From NCBI GenBank assembly GCA_964556455.1, contig CAZKWI010000003.1, positions 1-47,189 on the forward strand: a stretch of 47,189 nt of DNA, written 5' to 3'. Of this stretch, positions 28,509 through 37,399 are shown one piece after another (the stretch's first letter is position 1; every line of letters begins with the position of its first letter). A program made the translations under genes and the position numbers. The notes under the pieces were generated by a model. It saw only the letters and a program-made list of their open reading frames with translations. It was not told the DNA's origin and made no database searches. Source of the stretch: an uncultured Planctomycetia bacterium (GTDB lineage Bacteria; Omnitrophota; Gorgyraeia; JABMRJ01).

Positions 28509-28733
28509 TTGTGGATAGACGAGAGTAATATTGATGAGTGTTTCCTGAGGCTGGGGCACGGGGAGGTTTACGACGTGGTCGTAGGCAATCTCGAGAAGGT
28601 GCTTATAGAGAAGGCCCTGGAGCGGACAGGCGGGAATCAGCTGACCGCCGCGAAGATATTGGGCTTGAATCGCAATACCATACGCGCTAAGATAAAGAAG
28701 TTCAGGATAAACGTGGACGGTTATAAAAGATGA
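28509..28733 (+). CDS. Stand-alone Fis/NtrC-type helix-turn-helix protein (~74 aa)
   Basis: LEKVLIEKALERTGGNQLTAAKILGLNRNTIRAKIKK HTH_8 signature; TTG 28509 after GAGG (alternative GTG 28497); ATGA overlap with gltB. Confidence 0.82.
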   Translation: MWIDESNIDECFLRLGHGEVYDVVVGNLEKVLIEKALERTGGNQLTAAKILGLNRNTIRAKIKKFRINVDGYKR

Positions 28734-31700
28734 GGATAAGAGGCGTTCCAAAAAAACAGGGCCTGTATGATCCGCAGTTCGAGCATGACAGCTGCGGCGT
28801 GGGCTTCGTCTGCAATATCAAAGGCATTACCTCCAATGATATTGTAAAAAAAGGCATAGAGGTCCTGGACCGCCTCAGTCACCGCGGGGCCGTGGGCGCA
28901 GACCCTGAAACAGGTGACGGGGCCGGTATACTCATCCAGATCCCGCACGATTTTTTTAAAAAAGAGTGCACAAAAATTGGGCTGGACTTGCCTGAAAAAG
29001 GGGAATACGGCACAGGGCTCGTTTTTCTGCCGACGTCAAAAAGAGATCGAACCTCATGCGAGGATATATTCGCGAAGGTCATAAAAAGCGAGCGGCAGGG
29101 GCTTATAGGCTGGCGTGATGTGCCGGTAGATGGAACGCGCATAGGCATAAGCGCCAGGAAGACACAGCCTGTGATGCGCCAGGTCTTTATTAAGAAACAA
29201 AAGGGCCTGGAAGATCAGATCAGTTTTGAAAGGAAGTTATATATAATAAGGAAGCGGGTTGAGAGCAAGGTCCGGTCGCTGAAGATCAAACAGAAATCCT
29301 TTTTCTATATAACAAACCTCTCGTCCAGGACATTCAGTTATAAGGGGCTCTTGATGCCTCATCAGTTGGAGGAGTTCTTTTTGGACCTTAAAGACAGGGA
29401 TATCCGGAGCGCCCTTTGTATGGTCCATTCCCGATACAGCACGAATACATTCCCTACGTGGGACCTGGCGCAGCCTTTCAGGTTCCTCGCCCATAACGGC
29501 GAGATAAATACCCTGCGCGGGAATATAAACTGGATGCGGGCAAAAGAGAGCCAGCTTGAAAGCGAGCTATTCGGCAAAGATATAAAGAAGATCAAGCCCG
29601 TGATCGTGCCGGGCGGGAGTGATTCCGCGACCATAGACAACGTATTTGAGCTGCTGGTCCTGTCAGGCAGGTCCCTTGCCCACGCTATGATGATGCTTAT
29701 CCCGGCGGCATGGGAAAATAATAGCGAAATGCCCAAAAACCTGAAGGACTTCCATGAATTCCACAGCTGTTTCATGGAGCCGTGGGACGGCCCCGCCGCT
29801 ATGGCCTTTACCGATGGTACGCGCATAGGCGCACTTCTTGACCGCAACGGTCTGAGACCGGCGCGGTATATAGTGACGAAGGACAATATGGTCGTTATGG
29901 CTTCCGAGGTCGGGGTGCTCGATATAGACCCGGCCGATATACGCCTCTCCGGCAGGCTTGAGCCCGGGAAGATCCTCTTTATAAATACAGCGAGACAAAT
30001 GATCATAAGTGACAAAGATGTAAAAGATATAGTCTCCGCCAAGAAGCCGTACGCCAAGTGGCTTAAAGAGGAAATGGTAGATCTATCGTCTCTGCCGGCA
30101 CCTGTCGTCCCCGCGAAAGCGGGGACCCACACCATAGATTCCCGCTTTCGCGGGAATGACAATGAGTTGGTAACACTCCAGAAGGCCTTCGGGTACACGA
30201 GAGAGGACCTGAAGATGCTGATGAAGCCCATGGCAGAGACCGGAAAAGAACCTATAGGATCGATGGGCAATGATACACCGCACGCCGTCCTTTCTAAGAA
30301 GCCGCAGCTGTTGTATAACTACTTCAAACAGCTCTTTGCGCAGGTCACGAACCCTGCTATCGATTTCATAAGAGAAGAGATAGTTATGAGCCTTGAGAGC
30401 TTTATAGGGCCACAGCGCAATACCTTAAGCGAAAGCTCAAAGCACGCGCATAAACTGCGCATAGAAAGGCCTGTACTTACAGATGGAGAGCTTGAAAAGC
30501 TGCGTGGCATAACCGTTAACGGTTTCAGGACAAAGACCATACCCGTCCTTTTTACCGTCGGAAAAAAACGTTCTCTTAAGAGATCGCTTGAGAGGCTGTG
30601 CAGGGATGCCGTATCGGCCATAAAAGAGGGATATAGCTTTATTATATTGAGCGACAGGGGCCTCAGCAGGACACGCGCGGCCATGCCGATGCTCCTGGCC
30701 CTGGGTGCGGTGCACCATTGTTTGATAGACAGGTCGCTGCGCACCCAGATAGGGATCATAATCGAAAGCGGAGAACCGAGAGAGGTCCATCACTTTGCGC
30801 TCCTTTTTGGTTACGGCGCGGATTGCGTAAACCCCTATCTTGCCTATGAGACGCTAAAGGGCATGGTTAAAGAGAAAGAACTTTCCGTGAGCTTAAAAGA
30901 AGCGTTAAGCAATTACAGGATAGCCGTAGATAAAGGTATATTGAAGATACTCTCGAAGATGGGCATATCCACGCTGCAGAGTTACAGGGCGGCACAGATA
31001 TTCGAGGCCCTGGGTTTAAATGAAAGCGTGATCAAAAAGGCCTTTTCAGGCACGGTCTCGCGCATAGGCGGCGTCGGCCTGGACGAGATCGAAAGAGAGG
31101 TCTTGCTCAGGCATGACCTTGCATATCCGCGGAAAGAGAATGCCCTTTCAGGTCTTGAGACAGGGGGCGTATATCAGTGGAAGAGGAACGGTGAGTTCCA
31201 TCTGTGGAATCCTGAGACTATCAGCACGCTGCAGGATGCCTGCCGCAGCAACGACTATGCCAAATATAAAGTCTTCTCCGGGCTTATAGACGACCAGTCG
31301 GATAATCCCACAACACTGCGCAGCCTGTTAAGGTTCAAGAAGACCAGGGGTATTCCGATAGAAGACCTCGAGCCTGCAGAAGAGATCTTAAGGAGATTCG
31401 CCACCGGCGCGATGAGCTTCGGATCCATATCGAAAGAGGCGCATGAGACACTGGCGCTCGCGATGAACAGGATCGGAGGCAGGTCCAATACAGGCGAAGG
31501 AGGGGAAGATCCCGCGAGATTTATCCCTCTGCCGGATGGCGATTCAAGGAGAAGCTCGATAAAACAGGTGGCCTCCGGAAGGTTCGGCGTTACGACAAAC
31601 TATCTTATAAACGCTGATGAAATCCAGATAAAGATAGCACAGGGGGCAAAACCCGGTGAAGGAGGCCAGCTGCCGGGACATAAAGTAAGTGAAATAATCG

Positions 31701-33298
31701 CACGCACAAGATACACGACCCCTGGTGTGACATTGATATCGCCGCCTCCGCATCACGATATATATTCTATAGAGGACCTGGCGCAACTGATATTCGACCT
31801 CAAGAACGCTAACCCGAACGCGCGGATAAGCGTGAAGCTTGTTTCAGAAATGGGTGTCGGAACGATCGCTGCCGGCGTTGCCAAAGGGCATGCGGATATG
31901 ATACTCATATCGGGCGGCGACGGCGGGACAGGGGCGTCCCCGAGGAGCTCGATAAGGCACGCGGGACTCCCATGGGAACTGGGCCTGGCTGAGACGCACC
32001 AGACTCTTTGTTTGAATGGTCTCAGGACAAGGACGCGCCTCCAGACAGACGGCCAGATGCGCACCGGCCGCGACGTGGCTATAGCGGCTATGCTCGGCGC
32101 CGAGGAATACGGTTTCTGTACGGCCGCACTTATAGTCATGGGCTGCGTCATGCTAAGGAACTGCCATCTCAATAGCTGCTCTCTTGGCGTAGCTACCCAG
32201 GATGCCGTACTGGAAAGGCGTTTCCGCGGAAAAGTCGAAGAGGTGGTCAATTACTTCAATTTTGTAGCGCGTGAATTGCGGGAGATCATGGCGTCACTCG
32301 GCGTAAAGAGTATTAATGAACTGGTGGGAAGGACGGATCTCCTTAAGCTTAACAAAGGCATTGTTCCATGGAAGGCGAAAAAAATAGACTATTCGAGGAT
32401 ACTCTACAGGACTGAAACCCGAAAAGAGGAATGCGTTTATAAGACCATTCCCCAGGATCACGGCGTATATAACATACTCGACCTGAAGCTGATCGAGCTT
32501 TCGAAAAAGGCCCTTAAGAAAGAAACTGAACCAGTGAATATAGAACTCAATATCAGGAACAACAACAGGACGACGGGCGCTATGTTGAGCGGTGTTGTAT
32601 GCAAAGCCCGCGGGGAGAGCGCTCTGCCTGAAGATACGATCCGCTGTAGATTTAGAGGCGTCGCGGGCCAGAGTTTCGGAGCGTTCCTTGCAAAAGGAGT
32701 GACTTTTGAGCTGGAAGGATTGGCAAACGACTATGTCGGTAAGGGTATTTCAGGAGGCAAAATAATAGTTTACCCCGACAAGAGCTCTGATTATGACCCG
32801 AAAGAGAATATAATCATAGGTAATACCACATTTTACGGCGCGATAACCGGAGAAGCTTATATAAGGGGCGTGGCAGGCGAGCGTTTCTGCATAAGGAACT
32901 CAGGTCTCCACGCTGTTGTCGAAGGTGTGGGCGACCACGGCTGCGAGTACATGACAGGCGGCATAGTAGTCGTTCTGGGCAGGACCGGCAGGAACTTCGC
33001 GGCAGGCATGTCAGGCGGCATAGCCTATGTATATGACGAAGACGACACCTTCAAGAGCAACTGCAATATGTCCATGGTCGAGTTGGATAAAATAGATACC
33101 CATGACAAAGAAGTTATACATAAGCTGCTGCATGAACATCACAGATTTACGGGAAGTGATATCGCAAGGGACGTTCTGGATGATCCTAAAATGATAGGCG
33201 AAAGATTTGTAAAGGTCATGCCGCTGGAGTATAAGACGATACTCAGGGGCGCGAAGCCGGCGGAAACATACGGCTTAGCGGATCCGTCCGATGGATGA
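28730..33298 (+). CDS. gltB: Glutamate synthase large subunit
   Basis: EHDSCGVGF Ntn Cys, HSRYSTNT, HNGEINT, MEPWDGPA, QLFAQVTNP, GAMSFGS, QGAKPGEGGQLPG, C-X5-C-X4-C 3Fe-4S motif, GXGXG domain. Confidence 0.97.
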   Translation: MRIRGVPKKQGLYDPQFEHDSCGVGFVCNIKGITSNDIVKKGIEVLDRLSHRGAVGADPETGDGAGILIQIPHDFFKKECTKIGLDLPEKGEYGTGLVFLPTSKRDRTSCEDIFAKVIKSERQGLIGWRDVPVDGTRIGISARKTQPVMRQVFIKKQKGLEDQISFERKLYIIRKRVESKVRSLKIKQKSFFYITNLSSRTFSYKGLLMPHQLEEFFLDLKDRDIRSALCMVHSRYSTNTFPTWDLAQPFRFLAHNGEINTLRGNINWMRAKESQLESELFGKDIKKIKPVIVPGGSDSATIDNVFELLVLSGRSLAHAMMMLIPAAWENNSEMPKNLKDFHEFHSCFMEPWDGPAAMAFTDGTRIGALLDRNGLRPARYIVTKDNMVVMASEVGVLDIDPADIRLSGRLEPGKILFINTARQMIISDKDVKDIVSAKKPYAKWLKEEMVDLSSLPAPVVPAKAGTHTIDSRFRGNDNELVTLQKAFGYTREDLKMLMKPMAETGKEPIGSMGNDTPHAVLSKKPQLLYNYFKQLFAQVTNPAIDFIREEIVMSLESFIGPQRNTLSESSKHAHKLRIERPVLTDGELEKLRGITVNGFRTKTIPVLFTVGKKRSLKRSLERLCRDAVSAIKEGYSFIILSDRGLSRTRAAMPMLLALGAVHHCLIDRSLRTQIGIIIESGEPREVHHFALLFGYGADCVNPYLAYETLKGMVKEKELSVSLKEALSNYRIAVDKGILKILSKMGISTLQSYRAAQIFEALGLNESVIKKAFSGTVSRIGGVGLDEIEREVLLRHDLAYPRKENALSGLETGGVYQWKRNGEFHLWNPETISTLQDACRSNDYAKYKVFSGLIDDQSDNPTTLRSLLRFKKTRGIPIEDLEPAEEILRRFATGAMSFGSISKEAHETLALAMNRIGGRSNTGEGGEDPARFIPLPDGDSRRSSIKQVASGRFGVTTNYLINADEIQIKIAQGAKPGEGGQLPGHKVSEIIARTRYTTPGVTLISPPPHHDIYSIEDLAQLIFDLKNANPNARISVKLVSEMGVGTIAAGVAKGHADMILISGGDGGTGASPRSSIRHAGLPWELGLAETHQTLCLNGLRTRTRLQTDGQMRTGRDVAIAAMLGAEEYGFCTAALIVMGCVMLRNCHLNSCSLGVATQDAVLERRFRGKVEEVVNYFNFVARELREIMASLGVKSINELVGRTDLLKLNKGIVPWKAKKIDYSRILYRTETRKEECVYKTIPQDHGVYNILDLKLIELSKKALKKETEPVNIELNIRNNNRTTGAMLSGVVCKARGESALPEDTIRCRFRGVAGQSFGAFLAKGVTFELEGLANDYVGKGISGGKIIVYPDKSSDYDPKENIIIGNTTFYGAITGEAYIRGVAGERFCIRNSGLHAVVEGVGDHGCEYMTGGIVVVLGRTGRNFAAGMSGGIAYVYDEDDTFKSNCNMSMVELDKIDTHDKEVIHKLLHEHHRFTGSDIARDVLDDPKMIGERFVKVMPLEYKTILRGAKPAETYGLADPSDG
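30103..30161. repeat. Double-hairpin palindromic repeat, family A, copy 2 (inside gltB, frame preserved)
   Basis: TGTC-GTCCCCGC-GAAA-GCGGGGAC ... GATTCCCGC-TTTC-GCGGGAAT-GACA; encodes [19 protein letters not shown]. Confidence 0.9.
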
Positions 33299-33329
33299 GG
33301 ATGAGTAAGACTAAAGCGGGAGTTTTTAG

Positions 33330-34751
33330 ATGGGCGACGAAAAAGGTTTCCTTAAGGTGAAAAGGCGGAAACCGGGATACAGGCCTGTGTGCGAGCGCGT
33401 AAAGGATTTCCGCGAGGTGGCTGAATCGCACGGGGATGCCGACACCAGTGAGCAGGCATCGCGCTGCATGGACTGCGGGACTCCGTTCTGCCACTGGGGC
33501 TGTCCTGTGGGGAATAATATCCCCGAATGGAACGACTATGTATTTGCTGGCAACTGGAAAAAGGCCTATGAGCTTCTCGCAGAGACGAATAACCTACCTG
33601 AGATCACAGGCAGGGTATGCCCGGCGCCCTGCGAATACGCCTGCGTCCTTGGGATCAATGACGACCCTGTGACCATACGGGAGAACGAACTTACTATTAT
33701 CGAACATGCCTTCAGGAAGGGCTGGGTAAAACCCATATCGCCAAAAAAAAGAACCGGCAAAAAGGTAGCGATAATAGGTTCCGGCCCATCGGGGATATCG
33801 GCCGCAGCAGAGCTTAACAAGGCCGGCCATAAGGTGACAGTGTTCGAGCGCGATGACAGAATAGGGGGTATATTAAGGTATGGCATACCGGATTTCAAGC
33901 TCGGGAAGGATGTGCTCGACAGGCGGATAGATATACTGAAGAAAGAAGGCATAGTTTTCAGAACGAACGTAAATGTCGGCGTGAACTATACAGTCTCAAA
34001 GTTAACAAAAGAGTATGACGCGATCGTCCTGGCCGGAGGCTCGCGCAAACCTAGAGACCTGAATATAGAAGGCCGTGAGTTTAAAGGCATACACTTTGCC
34101 ATGGATTATCTTGTCCTGTCCAACAAAAAGCTCTGCGGGTCGTTGCAGGATGAGTGTATAGACACTAATGGAAAAAAGGTAGTAGTGATAGGCGGCGGCG
34201 ATACAGGGTCTGACTGTGTCGGGACCGCTCACAGACAAGGTGCAGCCTGTGTTACTCAGATAGAGCTGCTCGAAAGGCCTCCCGAATGCAGGAGCGAGGA
34301 CCAGCCGTGGCCGAACTATCCAATGCTCCTTAAGGTCTCAACGAGCCATGAAGAGGGCGGCGAGAGGCACTGGTCTGTCCTGACCAAGAGTTTTACTGGT
34401 GAAGGCGGCCATGTAAAGAAACTGCGGTGTGTAAAGGTAGATTTTTCCGAAAAGGACAAAAATAGCTGCCCTATAATGAGAGAAATGCCGGGCAGTGAAT
34501 TTGAGATAGATGCAGACCTTGTGATACTGGCTGTGGGATTTGTCCATCCGCAGCACGAAGGCCTCCTTTCTGATCTTAAAATAGAATTTGATAAACGCGG
34601 TAATGTCAGGACCGATGACGGCTATATGACGTCAAAAAAAGGCATATTTTCCGCAGGGGACATGAGAAGAGGGCAGTCTCTAATAGTCTGGGCCATATCT
34701 GAAGGGCGCAAGGCCGCGCAGTCCGTAGATAGGTTTTTACTCGTGAAATAA
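33330..34751 (+). CDS. gltD: Glutamate synthase small subunit
   Basis: QASRCMDCGTPFCH..CP, TGRVCPAPCE..C, IGSGPSG, LRYGIPDFK, IGGGDTGSDC, GDMRRGQSLIVWAI.EGR. Confidence 0.97.
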   Translation: MGDEKGFLKVKRRKPGYRPVCERVKDFREVAESHGDADTSEQASRCMDCGTPFCHWGCPVGNNIPEWNDYVFAGNWKKAYELLAETNNLPEITGRVCPAPCEYACVLGINDDPVTIRENELTIIEHAFRKGWVKPISPKKRTGKKVAIIGSGPSGISAAAELNKAGHKVTVFERDDRIGGILRYGIPDFKLGKDVLDRRIDILKKEGIVFRTNVNVGVNYTVSKLTKEYDAIVLAGGSRKPRDLNIEGREFKGIHFAMDYLVLSNKKLCGSLQDECIDTNGKKVVVIGGGDTGSDCVGTAHRQGAACVTQIELLERPPECRSEDQPWPNYPMLLKVSTSHEEGGERHWSVLTKSFTGEGGHVKKLRCVKVDFSEKDKNSCPIMREMPGSEFEIDADLVILAVGFVHPQHEGLLSDLKIEFDKRGNVRTDDGYMTSKKGIFSAGDMRRGQSLIVWAISEGRKAAQSVDRFLLVK

Positions 34752-34809
34752 TAACATAACATAATACGGCATATAGAGTTACGAGATGTTAGTTATTTTA
34801 GAAAATTCC

Positions 34810-34838
34810 TTGATTATCAAACCGTTATTTTATATAAT
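34810..34838 (+). promoter_or_regulatory. Putative sigma70 promoter
   Basis: TTGATT-17 nt-TATAAT upstream of GAGGTG RBS and ATG 34861. Confidence 0.6.
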
Positions 34839-34860
34839 ATATAAGATAATGAGGTGCTAT

Positions 34861-35460
34861 ATGAGACACTACATATTAGTATTTGCAGTCCTGGCGGTTT
34901 TGCTGGTACCGGGAGCCATTTATGCCGAGGGCCCATCTCTGAAAAGCGCAAAGGCTACAGAAGAGACGGTAACTGCAGAGGCAATAGAGAAGCTTGTGAT
35001 AGACAGGCGTTTTGTCCCCAGCGGCTGGATGGGTGATTACGGGGATATCAGGCTGGACAAGGAATGTTCTGGTGATGATAAAGGTGATGTGCTCTGCCAG
35101 AAATGGACATATACTGCAAGAGGAGAACAGAATGCCGGCTGGTCAGGCGTGGCATGGCAGTACCCCGAGAATAACTGGGGAGAATCAAAAGGGCTCGACC
35201 TGACAGGTTATAGAAAGCTTACCTTCCGCGCAAAAGGAGAAAGAGGGGGCGAGGTCCTGGAAGTCCACGTGGGCGGATTTGACTCAAGCGTTGAGCTGAC
35301 TTACGGCCCCGTATACCTGAAGAAGAACTGGAAAGAGTACGAGATAGACCTCTCGAGAAGCGACCTTTCGAACGTCACCTGCGCTTTTGCCTGGATGGTC
35401 AAAGGCAAATACAACTGGAGCGGATGCTCGTTCTACCTTGACGATATAATCTATGAGTAA
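34861..35460 (+). CDS. Exported protein with galactose-binding-like/carbohydrate-binding-module-like domain
   Basis: Signal peptide (IYA-E); FVPSGWMGD, GWSGVAWQYPENNWG, DLTGYRKLTFRAKG, WKEYEIDL, FYLDDIIYE pattern typical of CBM-like beta-sandwiches. Confidence 0.65.
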   Translation: MRHYILVFAVLAVLLVPGAIYAEGPSLKSAKATEETVTAEAIEKLVIDRRFVPSGWMGDYGDIRLDKECSGDDKGDVLCQKWTYTARGEQNAGWSGVAWQYPENNWGESKGLDLTGYRKLTFRAKGERGGEVLEVHVGGFDSSVELTYGPVYLKKNWKEYEIDLSRSDLSNVTCAFAWMVKGKYNWSGCSFYLDDIIYE

Positions 35461-36190
35461 AAAGAAAAAAGGACCTAAGATCGCAAGCAGGTCTTCGCAG
35501 GAAGACCATATAAAGGCCATATCGAAGATAAGCAAGGCCATAGCCTCAGATCTCTACCTCGAAGATATCCTTAAGCTCATAGTGGCGGTGACCGCCCAGG
35601 CGATGGATTCCAATATATGCTCTCTTATGCTCATTAATGAGAAGCGCCGTGAGCTCGTGATCCGCGCGACACAGAGCGTAAGCGAGGATTACAATAAGAA
35701 ACCCCCGCTTAAGATAGGCGAGGGCATCGCCGGGAAGGTGGTACAGGAGAACAGTCCTACTGTAGTAAAGGACATCACCAAGGCCACAGAGTATAAGTAC
35801 CATGATATTGCCAAGAAAGAAGGCCTGCGCTCGTTACTGTGCGTGCCCTTAAGTGTAAAGAAGAAGGTCATAGGTGTTATAAACTGCTATACTCCGAAGA
35901 CCCACGAATTTACCGAAACAGAGATAGATATGCTTACCGCTGTCGCCAACCAGGCTGCCGTAGCCATAGAGAATACCGAGCTTTTGGTGAAGAGCAGGGT
36001 GATCCAGGAAGAGCTTGAATCGAGAAAGAAGACCGAGCGCGCCAAGGGCATCCTCATGAAGGAAGAGAATTTGAGCGAAGAAGAGGCATATCTTAAGATA
36101 CAGAAGTACGCAATGGATACTCGTAAGACCATGAAGGAGGTGGCAGAGGCAATTATCCTTGCTTCTGACTTAAAACGACCGAAACAATAA
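35453..36190 (+). CDS. GAF-ANTAR RNA-binding antitermination regulator
   Basis: GAF domain (CSLML, IGEGIAGKV, SLLCVPL, VIGVINCY, LTAVANQAAVAIEN) followed by ANTAR (LESRKKTERAKGILM...EEEAYLKIQKYAM...MKEVAEAII). Confidence 0.92.
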   Translation: MSKKKKGPKIASRSSQEDHIKAISKISKAIASDLYLEDILKLIVAVTAQAMDSNICSLMLINEKRRELVIRATQSVSEDYNKKPPLKIGEGIAGKVVQENSPTVVKDITKATEYKYHDIAKKEGLRSLLCVPLSVKKKVIGVINCYTPKTHEFTETEIDMLTAVANQAAVAIENTELLVKSRVIQEELESRKKTERAKGILMKEENLSEEEAYLKIQKYAMDTRKTMKEVAEAIILASDLKRPKQ

Positions 36191-36193
36191 AGC

Positions 36194-37318
36194 ATGCCAC
36201 AAAGAAGAGCAAAGATCGTCCTGGAAGACGGAAGAGTATTTAAAGGTTTTTCATTCGGCAAAGACGGCGAAAGAAGCGGAGAGATAGTCTTCAATACAAG
36301 CCTTGCTGGCTACCAGGAGATCCTCACAGACCCCTCATATAAAGGCCAGATCGTAACGATGACCTACCCCCTCATAGGCAATTACGGCATAAACCCCGAA
36401 GATATTGAATCAGACAGGATATCCGTAGAAGGCTTTGTAGTAAAAGAGAAGAGCCCCGTAGCCAGCAACTGGCGCTCCAGCCAGTCCCTCGAAGAGTACC
36501 TTAGATCGAACGGCATTATGGGAATAGAAGGCGTAGATACGCGCGCCATCACGAGGCATATAAGGCTTCAGGGCGCCATGAAGGCAGTGATATCCACCGA
36601 AGATATGGATGATAAGAGCCTTATTAAAAAAGCCAAGGCTTCGCCCGGGCTTGTCGGCAGGGATCTTGTTAAAGAGGTTACCTGCGATGAATTATTCCGA
36701 TGGACGCAGAGCGATGGGAAAGAGGCAGCGCAGAGCACACAGAAAAAAGTAAAGCCTTATAAAGTGGTTGCTATAGACTGCGGTATAAAATACAACATGC
36801 TTAGGATATTGGACGATCTGGGATGTGAAGTGGTCGTCGTGCCGGCAAAGACGGCATCAAAGGATATACTCTTCATGAAGCCGGACGGCGTATTGCTCTC
36901 TAACGGGCCGGGAGACCCGGCTGCCGTTACATACGTAGCGAAAAATATAAAAGGGCTGTTTGGAAGAGTGCCGATATTCGGCATATGCCTGGGTAACCAG
37001 CTGCTCGGCATGGCGTTGGGCGGCAAGACCTACAAGCTTAAGTTCGGCCACCATGGCGGCAATCATCCGGTTAAGGACATAAAGACCGGTAAGATATCGA
37101 TAACCGTACAGAACCACGGTTTCTGCGTGGATATGGATTCGCTTAAAAAAAGCGAAATCGAGATAACCCACGTAAACCTGAACGATAATACGCTTGAGGG
37201 TATGAGGCACAAGAATGTCCCGGCGTTCTCGGTCCAGTTCCATCCGGAATGTTCCCCGGGGCCGCATGACGCGATGTACCTGTTTAATGAATTCGTAGAG
37301 ATGATGAAAAATGCCTAA
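36194..37318 (+). CDS. carA: Carbamoyl-phosphate synthase small subunit
   Basis: GEIVFNT..GYQEILTDPSY, LSNGPGDP, GICLG (catalytic Cys), SVQFHPE. Confidence 0.97.
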   Translation: MPQRRAKIVLEDGRVFKGFSFGKDGERSGEIVFNTSLAGYQEILTDPSYKGQIVTMTYPLIGNYGINPEDIESDRISVEGFVVKEKSPVASNWRSSQSLEEYLRSNGIMGIEGVDTRAITRHIRLQGAMKAVISTEDMDDKSLIKKAKASPGLVGRDLVKEVTCDELFRWTQSDGKEAAQSTQKKVKPYKVVAIDCGIKYNMLRILDDLGCEVVVVPAKTASKDILFMKPDGVLLSNGPGDPAAVTYVAKNIKGLFGRVPIFGICLGNQLLGMALGGKTYKLKFGHHGGNHPVKDIKTGKISITVQNHGFCVDMDSLKKSEIEITHVNLNDNTLEGMRHKNVPAFSVQFHPECSPGPHDAMYLFNEFVEMMKNA

Positions 37319-37334
37319 ACGAACAATACATTTT

Positions 37335-37388
37335 TGTCATGTCCGCGAAAGCGGACATCCATGGATTCCCGCTTTCGCGGGAATGACA
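37335..37388. repeat. Double-hairpin palindromic repeat, family A, copy 3 (carA-carB junction)
   Basis: TGTC-ATGTCCGC-GAAA-GCGGACAT-CCATGG-ATTCCCGC-TTTC-GCGGGAAT-GACA. Confidence 0.9.
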
Positions 37389-37399
37389 GCGAGTTAAAA

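Noticed and set aside
37334-37399. N-terminal extension of CarB in the ORF track ([18 protein letters not shown]...)
   Set aside because: It is the translated repeat; the canonical CarB start MPKRTD begins at 37400
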